From the IMG/VR virus record IMGVR_UViG_2802429240_000004, positions 1 to 15,960 of that record: a DNA stretch of 15,960 nt; one strand, written 5' to 3'. Source of the stretch: a virus (Duplodnaviria; Heunggongvirae; Uroviricota; Caudoviricetes). Positions 6,621-14,417 of the stretch are shown here, piece after piece (position 1 is the stretch's first letter; each line of letters opens with the position of its first letter). The position numbers and the translations under genes were made by a program. The notes under the pieces were generated by a model. It worked only from the letters and a program-made list of their open reading frames with translations. It was not told where the DNA came from and did not search any database.

Positions 6621-8450
6621 ATGAGCACTTCCGCATACAAGAGCAAAATTCGAACACTCCAGTGCGCGTTAAAAAACGGTGAATTTGAACCATTCATACA
6701 ACATATCCGTTTTCCATACTTTAAAAATATAGAGCAGAATGCAAGGATCGATTTTCAGTTCCCTATAACGGCTTTAGTAGGAAAAAATGGAACTAATAAA
6801 AGTTCTGTTATCAAAGCGCTATTTGGTTGCCCACATGGTAAAAATATAACTCGTTATTGGTTCACAACTGAAACAGATGAGTTTCCTGACCTAAAACTTG
6901 CTGATGGCAGTTCTCTTAAGCCTAGATATATATATGGATATAAAAATGCTGATGGCCGTTTAGTTGAAATACTCCAAGCGCGTATCAATGCTACCAAGAA
7001 AACAATCGATTATTGGGAAACAAGTCGACCATCTGTTGGTGATAACATGGAGAGCATTTCGGATGATCTGGGTGCTAATAGTAATGCAACCAGATGGAAA
7101 AAAATCAAGAAGGGATTGGTTTTCCTAGATTTCAGATCGGAAATAAGTGCATTTGATAGATGTATGTATCACTCTGATCCTAAATTAAGAAAGAAGAAGA
7201 GTGGTGTATTAATTACAAAGCAAGACTATATCAGAAGCAAATCTAAATATATAAAAAAAGCTTTTGATGAAAAGCTAAGTAATTTAAGACTTTGGGGGAC
7301 GGAAACCATTGTTAAAAATATAACCTTGGCGCCAGAACTAGTTGAGCACGTCTCATTTATATTAGGGAAAAAATATAAAGTCATTAAATTTCTTGAGCAT
7401 CGGTTATTTGGAACCAAAGGAGGAACCGTTTTACTTTCAACTGATAAGTTGAACTATACAGAAGCTTTTGCTGGAAGTGGTGAATTTGCAATAGTTTCAC
7501 TAATACTCAATATTTATTCGGCCAAACCTAATTCATTAATTCTTCTTGACGAACCAGAAGTTTCACTTCACCCTGGTGCACAGAAAAGGATGATGGATGT
7601 TCTGTACTCTATTGTTGAGCAGAAAAAACATCAAGTGGTAATATCAACCCATTCTCCTGTTATTGTGAACACTCTTCCCAAAGATGCCATTAAATTATTT
7701 GTTTTTGATGAAGAAAGTGAAACAGCTAAAATAGTTCAAAATATAGCACCGGATGAAGCTTTTATAGAGCTAGGGCATGATATTAACAAGAAAACAATAA
7801 TTGTAGAAGATAAATTAGCTAAAGCAATTATAGATAAAGCGATTAAAAATGATGAAAGATTAAGCTTATCATTTAGTGTAAGTTATATACCAGGTGGTTC
7901 GGAGACCATTTTAAGCAAGCATCTTCCCAGTTACGCTGTGGTAGAACGCAATGATATTTTGTTTTTACTTGATGGTGATAAGAACAAAAAAATAAAACCA
8001 GTAAGAATTAGTGAAATTGCTGATGCTGATTTAGTTAATACAATGTGCAAATATTATGGTTGCGAGTTAATTATCAATGCCAGTGGTAGTAATGGCAAAA
8101 AAAATGAACAAGAATCTAATAGACTCAAAAGGCAAGTGCTTGAGTATGCATTCAATAAAGTGCAGTATTTACCATTTGATACTCCCGAACAATTACTCAT
8201 TGAAAAGGCAATTACGCCAAGTGAAAAAGAAATAATTGATTCACAGACCTGGAGTTCTGATGATCCAGAACTGTATAAGAATCAAATAAGATTATTAGCG
8301 CAACACCTGTATGATAAAGAAGAAGTAAATGCAGAGGAAATTTTTTGCCTCCAACAAATAATGACCGCAAGACTTAAAAATGAATTGCCTGAATTTATAA
8401 AAATAAGAAAAATAATTACTCAGGCTCTTGACCGTGGTATCATTAGGTAG
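6621..8450 (+). CDS. OLD-family ABC-type ATPase with C-terminal TOPRIM-like nuclease domain (609 aa)
   Basis: Walker A GKNGTNKSS, signature-like AGSGEF, Walker B SLILLDEPEVSLHP, H-loop VISTHSP. The C-terminal region has a TOPRIM-like glutamate (TIIVEDKLAKAII) and DxD (LFLLDGDKN). Strongly AT-rich; opposite strand to the surrounding phage genes. Confidence 0.75.
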   Translation: MSTSAYKSKIRTLQCALKNGEFEPFIQHIRFPYFKNIEQNARIDFQFPITALVGKNGTNKSSVIKALFGCPHGKNITRYWFTTETDEFPDLKLADGSSLKPRYIYGYKNADGRLVEILQARINATKKTIDYWETSRPSVGDNMESISDDLGANSNATRWKKIKKGLVFLDFRSEISAFDRCMYHSDPKLRKKKSGVLITKQDYIRSKSKYIKKAFDEKLSNLRLWGTETIVKNITLAPELVEHVSFILGKKYKVIKFLEHRLFGTKGGTVLLSTDKLNYTEAFAGSGEFAIVSLILNIYSAKPNSLILLDEPEVSLHPGAQKRMMDVLYSIVEQKKHQVVISTHSPVIVNTLPKDAIKLFVFDEESETAKIVQNIAPDEAFIELGHDINKKTIIVEDKLAKAIIDKAIKNDERLSLSFSVSYIPGGSETILSKHLPSYAVVERNDILFLLDGDKNKKIKPVRISEIADADLVNTMCKYYGCELIINASGSNGKKNEQESNRLKRQVLEYAFNKVQYLPFDTPEQLLIEKAITPSEKEIIDSQTWSSDDPELYKNQIRLLAQHLYDKEEVNAEEIFCLQQIMTARLKNELPEFIKIRKIITQALDRGIIR

Positions 8451-8473
8451 TGATTCTGGATGCAGAGGGAAAA

Positions 8474-9514
8474 ATGAAAAAAATCAAAGTGTTTGACTTC
8501 TTTTCCGGTTGTGGTGGAACCAGCCAAGGTTTCCATCAAGCTGGAATGGATATTGTTTTTGGCCTCGATTTCGACGTTGATGCAGCCAGTTCATTTCGTG
8601 CAAATTTCCCGCAGGCTGCTTTTATTAACTCGGACATTAGGTTAATCGACAACAATGCCATAAACAAGTTAGTAAAAAAACATCGTAATGATTACATTCT
8701 TTTTTCAGGATGTGCGCCTTGTCAACCGTACTCTAAGCAAAACTCAAATAAAAAAAATGATGATCCACGATTAGATCTATTAAAGGAATTCAGTCGTTTT
8801 GTAGAGCATTATATGCCTGATTTTATTTTTGTTGAAAACGTGCCTGGAATGCAAAAGTTTAACAAAAATGAAGGAACATTCATGATGTTTTTAGAAATGC
8901 TTTCATCAAAGGGATATAGTGTAGATTATAAAGTAATGCCAGCTGCGTGGTACGGTGTACCACAGACGCGAGAAAGATTAGTGCTCATTGCATCCAAGGA
9001 TTTTTATGTCGCATTGCCTTCTCCTACACATGGGGTTGGAAATACTCCCTATTCAACAGTAAAGGACTGGATCGCTAATTTACCGAAGATAGAGGCAGGA
9101 GAAAAGCATAATAGTATTCCTGATCATGAAGCTGCACGCTTATCAGAGCTTAATTTACGTAGAATAAAATGCACTCCTGAAGGTGGAAGTCGAGAATTTT
9201 GGCCAGATGAATTGATTTTAGAATGCCATCGTAACCATAAAGGGCATACAGACGTATATGGACGTTTGAGTTGGGACAAACCAGCCAGCGGACTAACAAC
9301 TCGTTGTATTAGCTATTCAAATGGACGTTTTGGACATCCAACACAAAATCGAGCAATATCGGTTCGTGAAGCAGCGTGTCTACAAACATTTCCTTTGGAT
9401 TATAAATTTATTGGTTCTTTGCAATCTCGGGCTCGTCAAATAGGAAATGCGGTCCCTCCGAAGATGTCTGAAACGATTGGAAAACATTTGCTTAATATAA
9501 TCAAAGCCTCCTAG
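8474..9514 (+). CDS. DNA (cytosine-5)-methyltransferase
   Basis: Motif I FDFFSGCGG, motif IV catalytic GCAPCQPYS, motif VI ENV, motif VIII QTRERLVLIA, motif X IGNAVPP; variable region between VIII and IX. GAGGGA precedes the ATG at 8474; alternatively starts at the GTG at 8450 overlapping the upstream TAG. Operon with the ATPase gene. Confidence 0.85.
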   Translation: MKKIKVFDFFSGCGGTSQGFHQAGMDIVFGLDFDVDAASSFRANFPQAAFINSDIRLIDNNAINKLVKKHRNDYILFSGCAPCQPYSKQNSNKKNDDPRLDLLKEFSRFVEHYMPDFIFVENVPGMQKFNKNEGTFMMFLEMLSSKGYSVDYKVMPAAWYGVPQTRERLVLIASKDFYVALPSPTHGVGNTPYSTVKDWIANLPKIEAGEKHNSIPDHEAARLSELNLRRIKCTPEGGSREFWPDELILECHRNHKGHTDVYGRLSWDKPASGLTTRCISYSNGRFGHPTQNRAISVREAACLQTFPLDYKFIGSLQSRARQIGNAVPPKMSETIGKHLLNIIKAS

Positions 9515-9530
9515 GAGGCTTTATTTTATT
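9501..9530 (+). terminator. Perfect 20-bp palindrome plus T-tract terminating the ATPase-methyltransferase operon (probably bidirectional)
   Basis: AAAGCCTCCTAGGAGGCTTT is identical to its reverse complement and contains the methyltransferase TAG stop; it is followed by TTATTTTATT. Confidence 0.55.
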
Positions 9531-9545
9531 GTTATCCCCTAGTAT

Positions 9546-9977
9546 TTAATCGTGCTCACCAGACAACCTCCTGAAATTACTCTGGTAAAATGCCAGTACA
9601 CGCTGCATAACTTCGCTTTTCCGGCACTCGCGACAGATTATGTTCTGACGCCTGTCGTGGCGGCGTATTTCTCCGTCTGGTAATGACCAGATAAGGTCAG
9701 GATCAACCACAACCGGTTTCTTCGTCTTTGCCCTTGATAGTTTTTTGCGGGCGTTTTGCCAGTCTTTACGCGCCTGCTCAGACGGGAATAATCCGTAGCC
9801 AGAATTGTAAACATCACCACTGGCGACCAGTTCTCTGGCGAGAGTGCTTATGTAATACCTTGATGCACCGGTTTTAGCCTCCAGAGCCCGTAACGTCTCG
9901 CGACCGCTCAGACGTACAAGTTCAACAACCTGCCCTTTAATTTTTTCCCGCTCTTCTGGTGTAAATACTTTTGCCAT
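9546..9977 (-). CDS. Hypothetical phage protein (143 aa)
   Basis: ATG with GGAGG 5 nt upstream (the track ORF starts 15 nt earlier at a TTG). Contains ICRECRK near the C-terminus. No family assigned. Confidence 0.55.
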   Translation of the reverse strand: MAKVFTPEEREKIKGQVVELVRLSGRETLRALEAKTGASRYYISTLARELVASGDVYNSGYGLFPSEQARKDWQNARKKLSRAKTKKPVVVDPDLIWSLPDGEIRRHDRRQNIICRECRKSEVMQRVLAFYQSNFRRLSGEHD

Positions 9978-9992
9978 AGGTGCCTCCGGCAA

Positions 9993-10754
9993 TCACTTTT
10001 CCGATGCAACATGGCGGGAAGAATCAGTAATCTGTCGTACAATATCCCTGTGCTTGTTCAGCTCCCGCAGCGCGGAGCAGACACGCTCCCACTTCTGGAC
10101 ATGATTTTTCGCCCGACGCAGTTCGCGGTTTGCCAGATGCAGCGATGGTAAAATCAGGTCATCGGCTCGCGTTGCAGTAAACGATGGCAACGACTGCACA
10201 ATGTCCGCCACAGTTTCTGTTTTAATTTCTTCCTGTATTGCAGCTTCCGGCGCTGGTAACGCAACATCTGCTGGCTGAGGAAAGGCTTTACCATCATTTC
10301 CCGTTACCGATGCGGCTTTCGGCTCTGCTGGTAAATTATCGTCCGGCATGCAGTAACGAAATTTACCGTTCTGATTTACACGAATCAGACGCCCTTTGCT
10401 GATTGCCATTGCCAGCGTTGAAGCTACTTTGCGTGATGTGGTACCGAACAATGTAGCCAACTCATCAGCCGTTTGTGGTCCGCGTTGTTCAATCGTCGCG
10501 GTTAAATCGCTCTCTGAGATTTTCGCTACTGTCGCCGTGGTGGTTTCTTCCGGCTGTTCTTCTGGCGCTGGCTGTTCCTGCTGAACGTTGTTATCAGCCA
10601 CACGCCAGGTGTATACGCTTTTATCAACGAAGCCAGCCTTTTTCAGTTCCCACAGCTCGTTCAGAACTTCTTCACGACTGATATCAAGTCGCGCAGCCAG
10701 TTCTACCGACGTGGCTTTTCCCATTGCTTTCAGTGCATCAAAAACGGTTTCCAT
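9993..10754 (-). CDS. Hypothetical phage protein (253 aa) with N-terminal winged-helix-like segment and acidic Pro/Glu-rich linker
   Basis: Internal ATG of track ORF 9993..10820 with GGGAGGA 8 nt upstream. [43 protein letters not shown] resembles a wHTH; followed by low-complexity [16 protein letters not shown]. Confidence 0.55.
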   Translation of the reverse strand: METVFDALKAMGKATSVELAARLDISREEVLNELWELKKAGFVDKSVYTWRVADNNVQQEQPAPEEQPEETTTATVAKISESDLTATIEQRGPQTADELATLFGTTSRKVASTLAMAISKGRLIRVNQNGKFRYCMPDDNLPAEPKAASVTGNDGKAFPQPADVALPAPEAAIQEEIKTETVADIVQSLPSFTATRADDLILPSLHLANRELRRAKNHVQKWERVCSALRELNKHRDIVRQITDSSRHVASEK

Positions 10755-10788
10755 TAAAATTTCCTCCCGGTAAAAATTACTTCTCAAC

Positions 10789-11454
10789 TCAAACAAACCC
10801 AGCCGCTTTCCGGCGTTCATATTCCTGTTTCAGCAACTCAATTGGAGTTGGCCCCGACGGGCGTTTTGGTGCTACCAGTTGCCGCCGGACGGGCGGAACG
10901 CTGAAGCCGTCACCAACATGCTTTGCCCATTTCGCTAGTTGCCGTTCTGCAAGTCGTTTTAACTCCCCTTCGGTCATCTGACGCTCAATCCCTTTTGCCC
11001 GCATCTCGAGGCAAATGTGATACAGCACGGGCTGAGACCACGGGTATTTATCGCTCCCGTCGTATCGCCAGGACTCGTTGCGCCAGCGGCGGTACTCCTC
11101 CATCACGGCATCCACAGTCAAACCAAACGGATTTGCCCCACTTTCCGAAATCAACGCCACAAACTCAGCCAGGTCAGGAGGCCATGTTTCACCCGCCCGA
11201 CAACGCTCCATGCACTGGCGGCAGACCTGCCGGATTTGCTGCTCAGTCATCGCGCCAATCTGTGCAATCCAGAGCTTCGAAGGTGCGGCCCCGTTCTTCT
11301 GGGTCCAGCGGTTCGAATAAACCTCCCCCATGAGTTCCCACAGCTTCCACGCCGTTTCCGTCGCTGATAAATCCGTTTTCACGTTCCCACTGCTCACGTG
11401 CTGCCCGAATTTCCTGAACTGCCCGTGATGCGGTGCCACCTGGCGTTGCTGCAT
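10789..11454 (-). CDS. Replication protein P-like (helicase loader)
   Basis: Alignable by eye to lambda P: [40 protein letters not shown] versus lambda YPWKSNAHYWLVTNLYQNMRANALTDAELRRKAADELVHM; also [12 protein letters not shown] versus TTMEQVNAGMRVARRQ. AAGGGGGTGA lies upstream of the ATG at 11454. Confidence 0.7.
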   Translation of the reverse strand: MQQRQVAPHHGQFRKFGQHVSSGNVKTDLSATETAWKLWELMGEVYSNRWTQKNGAAPSKLWIAQIGAMTEQQIRQVCRQCMERCRAGETWPPDLAEFVALISESGANPFGLTVDAVMEEYRRWRNESWRYDGSDKYPWSQPVLYHICLEMRAKGIERQMTEGELKRLAERQLAKWAKHVGDGFSVPPVRRQLVAPKRPSGPTPIELLKQEYERRKAAGFV

Positions 11455-12367
11455 GGTTCACCCCCTTGCTGACTGGTTTAACCTGCGCCCTGACGTGATT
11501 TACGTGACGGGCGAATTTCTGCTCCCACTGAACCTGCGTGAACACTTTGCCCTCCGCTGCCCAGTAGTCCCGGAAGGCGGCAAGTTCAGCTGGTGTAAAT
11601 TCCGGCTCAGGAAGAGCCACGCCCCACAGCGCAGCCCGTCGTCGAAAATCCGGCGACGGATGCCAGCCATCGGTCATCGGAAATTTCCCGATGGGTTCGC
11701 TCAGGCCTTCCAGGTAATCAGGTTCCGCTGTCTGCAACGGCACGCCATTTGCCTCACTGGCCGGAGCACTCTCGCGCACGCGCGCGTTATGTGTGGGGTT
11801 TATATATCTGTTATCTGTTATCTGGATACCGCATGACAAAGCGTTAGCCTTATCCTTAGGCTTATCCTCAGGCAAAGGGATTGCCTTATCGAATGCCATC
11901 CCCAAAGCCTCAGAAACCCCGTAGGACGCGGCTCTCAGCGATTCCCTGGCCTCCCATTTGAGAGGGCAATCAGGAATTAAAGCGAATGCCTTTGCCCAGG
12001 ATTTAATGACATTTATCGAGTTTGGCGGATTGTGTTTCGCAGCATTCGGGAGCCAAAAAACTCTGGCTTTGATATCTGCTTTCACCATGCCAAGATTCAT
12101 GGCTTCGCCTAAGGCTAAGTCAAAGGCTTCGATATCCCACCCCAACTCTTCAGCCATTGCTGCCCGCCCGGCTTTAAACAACCCAGGAATAATCCCGGTA
12201 AATGGACTGGTCAGCAGATAAATAAACAAACTCTGTCCACTTGGAGGCAGAGGAGATAACGCCCTAAATTTGGGATCATCCCATATCGTTATTTTTACCT
12301 TGCGATAAGGCTCATTGTTTGCCTTAGTTTTTGGCATGGGATTTGGCATGTTTTTAGCCTTAACCAT
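11243..12367 (-). CDS. Replication initiator O-like protein with DnaT-like C-terminal domain
   Basis: Internal ATG (GAGG 6 nt upstream) of track ORF 11243..12421. The C-terminal segment [61 protein letters not shown] matches E. coli DnaT ([29 protein letters not shown]...[20 protein letters not shown]). Its last ~70 codons overlap the P-like gene in another frame. Confidence 0.7.
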   Translation of the reverse strand: [374 protein letters not shown]

Positions 12368-12446
12368 AATTGCCTCATCTGGTGTCGAACCTTCCTCCGG
12401 ATATAATCTGTGATTCCCCAATCAACAGAACCAAAGGAGGTTCGAC

Positions 12447-12902
12447 ATGTCTTTAATGGCTGTTTGCCAAAAAATTAAAAATCACATGCGCACTGTGTAC
12501 AAAATTAACCAGCACGACCACGACATGGTTAACCTGGTAACATGCAGGGCTATAGTTCTCACCCGCTTCCATCTACTTCTTACAAATCACTCACGAGATT
12601 CTCTCCTGAGTCCCAGTAACTATGATTCGCTGGCGAGATTGCTATACCAGGCAAGTGAAAAACGTATTACTGATCCCTTATCTGTTTCTCCTGTCCTTGC
12701 TCTTCACATTCTGGAAGACGCTCTCTATGACCCCCATCAGGAATGCGACTATCAATTTCTTGAAGCTGAGAAATCAATGAGAGAATGGTTCGTTGAATAT
12801 CACGAACGGCAGCAAAAGTTATCCTCAAAGTATTCAGAACTTCCGCAACTTCGCTGGAGTGACCTTCCGAACGAATTATTTGCTCTGACCCCAGAAAATT
12901 AA
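12447..12902 (+). CDS. Hypothetical protein (151 aa), AT-rich, antisense to the early-right operon; conflicts with 12667..13080
   Basis: Strong RBS AAAGGAGG 6 nt before the ATG and a perfect TATAAT hexamer about 40 nt upstream (12402-12407). Globular-looking sequence. Overlaps the minus-strand ORF by 236 nt, so at most one of the two is likely real over that stretch. Confidence 0.4.
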   Translation: MSLMAVCQKIKNHMRTVYKINQHDHDMVNLVTCRAIVLTRFHLLLTNHSRDSLLSPSNYDSLARLLYQASEKRITDPLSVSPVLALHILEDALYDPHQECDYQFLEAEKSMREWFVEYHERQQKLSSKYSELPQLRWSDLPNELFALTPEN

Positions 12903-13080
12903 TTCTTGGGGATAAATCGTCCATAACTGAGCGCAGGCTAAGTTCTGCGCTCTGAAGCTTCCGAACCGAAGTTTCTGTACCCCAACCCGCAATTTCTGCA
13001 TTTTTTGCAAGTTTCAGGATCCAGTCTCGTAGTTCGCCGGGAGTAAGATTTCCAGCATTGATAAACGGTTTGATTTTCAT
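12667..13080 (-). CDS. Hypothetical protein (137 aa) following the YdaT-like gene; conflicts with 12447..12902
   Basis: ATG 20 nt after the YdaT-like stop with a weak RBS. The N-terminal 59 codons lie in unique sequence; the remainder overlaps the plus-strand ORF. Confidence 0.3.
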   Translation of the reverse strand: MKIKPFINAGNLTPGELRDWILKLAKNAEIAGWGTETSVRKLQSAELSLRSVMDDLSPRINFLGSEQIIRSEGHSSEVAEVLNTLRITFAAVRDIQRTILSLISQLQEIDSRIPDGGHRERLPECEEQGQEKQIRDQ

Positions 13081-13099
13081 TGTTAGTTACCCTATTCAC

Positions 13100-13522
13100 T
13101 TAATGAACAACAGCAGAATCGTCGGACGACCCACCACCGCTGAAATGCGCTTTCCGGTAAACGGCTTGGACTGCATCATCATGCGCATCAATTGCCGTAC
13201 TCAACGCTTCCTGCGCCGCCAGTAATGCACGGCGTTCCAGGGTATCGAAGATGCTGAATCGGTGGCGCAGCTCGCGCGGAAGGATTGCCAGAATTGCAGG
13301 GATCAGTTTCTGAATTTTTTCCCTTTGCGCTTCCGTTTCACCTTTCAACCAGCGGTGATAGATATTCTGCTGATTGTTCCAGTCCTTGCCTGGTACCAGG
13401 GGTAATTCGCCGCCCCCCTGGCGCAGATATTCTTCAGTAATTGCGTTAGCGACCCACGCCTGCCCTTTTTCGGCTGCCAGGGCTAACAGCACTGATTCGA
13501 TGTGCTCATGCCTGATTTTCAT
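13100..13522 (-). CDS. YdaT-like protein (CII-like regulator family of Rac-type prophages)
   Basis: 140-aa ORF directly after the Cro-like gene (17-nt overlap), AAGGTGA upstream. Begins MKIRHEHI and ends AVVH, matching my recollection of E. coli YdaT; family call by memory and position. Confidence 0.6.
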   Translation of the reverse strand: MKIRHEHIESVLLALAAEKGQAWVANAITEEYLRQGGGELPLVPGKDWNNQQNIYHRWLKGETEAQREKIQKLIPAILAILPRELRHRFSIFDTLERRALLAAQEALSTAIDAHDDAVQAVYRKAHFSGGGSSDDSAVVH

Positions 13523-13733
13523 GAATCACCTTCCCTGCTCGCTTTGCCTTACGATATTCGTCATAAACGTTGGGGTCGTACTGAAGCTCCCCGCCGGATG
13601 CCTCCTGCAGGCGCATCGCGCGGCCTTCAGGAACCAGTTCCCCCCATGCAGCAATGCTTGCCAGCCTCACCCCTGCAGCATTCGCGAGCTTCGTTTTGCT
13701 GCCAAAAAAAGCTATAGCATCGGTTTTCAACAT
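13506..13733 (-). CDS. Cro-like HTH regulator
   Basis: 75-aa ORF divergent from the repressor, AAGGAG 6 nt upstream. DAIAFFGSKTKLANAAGVRLASIAAWGELVPEGRAMRLQEASGGELQYDPNVY parallels lambda Cro ([26 protein letters not shown]...INADGSVYAEEVKPF). Confidence 0.7.
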   Translation of the reverse strand: MLKTDAIAFFGSKTKLANAAGVRLASIAAWGELVPEGRAMRLQEASGGELQYDPNVYDEYRKAKRAGKVIHENQA

Positions 13734-13809
13734 ATCGAACTCCTTAGATTTTCCTAAGTAAACTAGATTGTAGAGAAACCTAAGTCAAGAAAAATTAGAA
13801 TTACCTAAT
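13734..13809. promoter_or_regulatory. OR-like divergent promoter/operator region between the Cro-like and repressor genes
   Basis: Contains CTTAG-attttc-CTAAG (13744-13759) and further CCTAAG/CCTAAT copies (13779-13784, 13804-13809). The repressor ATG has no Shine-Dalgarno and a TAGAAT hexamer sits about 9 nt upstream, suggesting a leaderless transcript as for lambda cI from pRM. Confidence 0.55.
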
Positions 13810-14217
13810 ATGAAAAACGAAACCTTCGGTGCCCGCCTCTTACACAGGCGTAAAAAATTAAAACTGTCCCAGGCCGCATTAGGTAAGCTGGTCAAAGTGG
13901 CTCACGTAACAATTTCTCAGTGGGAAAGGGATGAAACACAGCCTGCGGGGAAGAGATTATTCGCGCTGAGTCAGGCACTTCAGTGCTCACCGACCTGGCT
14001 TCTTTTTGGGGATGAAGATAAGCAACCAGGCGAACCGATCCCGGCGAACCAACCAACCAATCTGACAGAAGAGCAAAAAGAGTTACTTCAACTGTTCGAC
14101 GCACTGCCTGAATCAGAGCAAAAAGCTCAATTGTCAGAGATGCGTGCCAGAGTTGAGAATTTCAACAAACTTTTTGAAGAACTACTCAAAGCTCGCAAAA
14201 GAAGCACAAATAAATAA
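13810..14217 (+). CDS. Prophage repressor, HTH_XRE family without peptidase domain (DicA/RacR-like)
   Basis: 135-aa ORF; N-terminal LSQAALGKLVKVAHVTISQWERDETQPAGKRLFALSQALQCSPTWLLFG is a canonical XRE/cI-type HTH. Flanked on both sides by CTTAG-type operator repeats. Confidence 0.8.
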   Translation: MKNETFGARLLHRRKKLKLSQAALGKLVKVAHVTISQWERDETQPAGKRLFALSQALQCSPTWLLFGDEDKQPGEPIPANQPTNLTEEQKELLQLFDALPESEQKAQLSEMRARVENFNKLFEELLKARKRSTNK

Positions 14218-14244
14218 CCCCCCTCTTTACCCCCTCTCTGTAAT

Positions 14245-14280
14245 AAAAAACACAAATTTTCAAACAGTTGTGTTTTTTTG
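14245..14280 (+). terminator. Weak AU-rich stem-loop plus U-tract after the repressor gene
   Basis: AACACAA-attttcaaacag-TTGTGTT followed by TTTTTT. The stem is AT-rich, so terminator strength is uncertain. Confidence 0.4.
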
Positions 14281-14290
14281 CATCAAAAAA

Positions 14291-14345
14291 CTTAGGTTTT
14301 TCTACACAAAACACTTGACCATCATTCTTAGGTTATTCTAAATTT
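14291..14345 (+). promoter_or_regulatory. OL/pL-like promoter-operator for the early-left operon
   Basis: Operator-like repeats CTTAG-gttttt-CTACA (14291-14306) and CTTAG-gttatt-CTAAA (14327-14342) flank a TTGACC -35 hexamer (14315-14320), with TAAATT about 18 nt downstream. Confidence 0.4.
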
Positions 14346-14417
14346 TAGCCATCAAAACACCGCACGGTGTTCTCAGCAAACAGTTCCGCCACCCGGCGTT
14401 AAGGGGAGAGGAAAACA

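Noticed and set aside
7226-7417. 63-aa minus-strand ORF inside the ATPase gene
   Set aside because: Antisense shadow ORF in AT-rich coding sequence; no RBS.
9638-9820. 60-aa minus-strand ORF
   Set aside because: Alternative frame inside the better-supported 143-aa gene.
10396-11836. Plus-strand ORFs 10396..10584, 10475..10681, 10588..10773, 10724..10981, 10923..11333, 11017..11367, 11078..11320, 11453..11836
   Set aside because: Antisense to the P-like and O-like replication genes, which have clear homology; GC-rich antisense strands commonly give long open frames.
11958-12221. 87-aa plus-strand ORF
   Set aside because: Antisense to the N-terminal domain of the O-like gene.
13374-13757. 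Plus-strand ORFs 13374..13757 and 13502..13717
   Set aside because: Antisense to the YdaT-like and Cro-like genes and running into the operator region.
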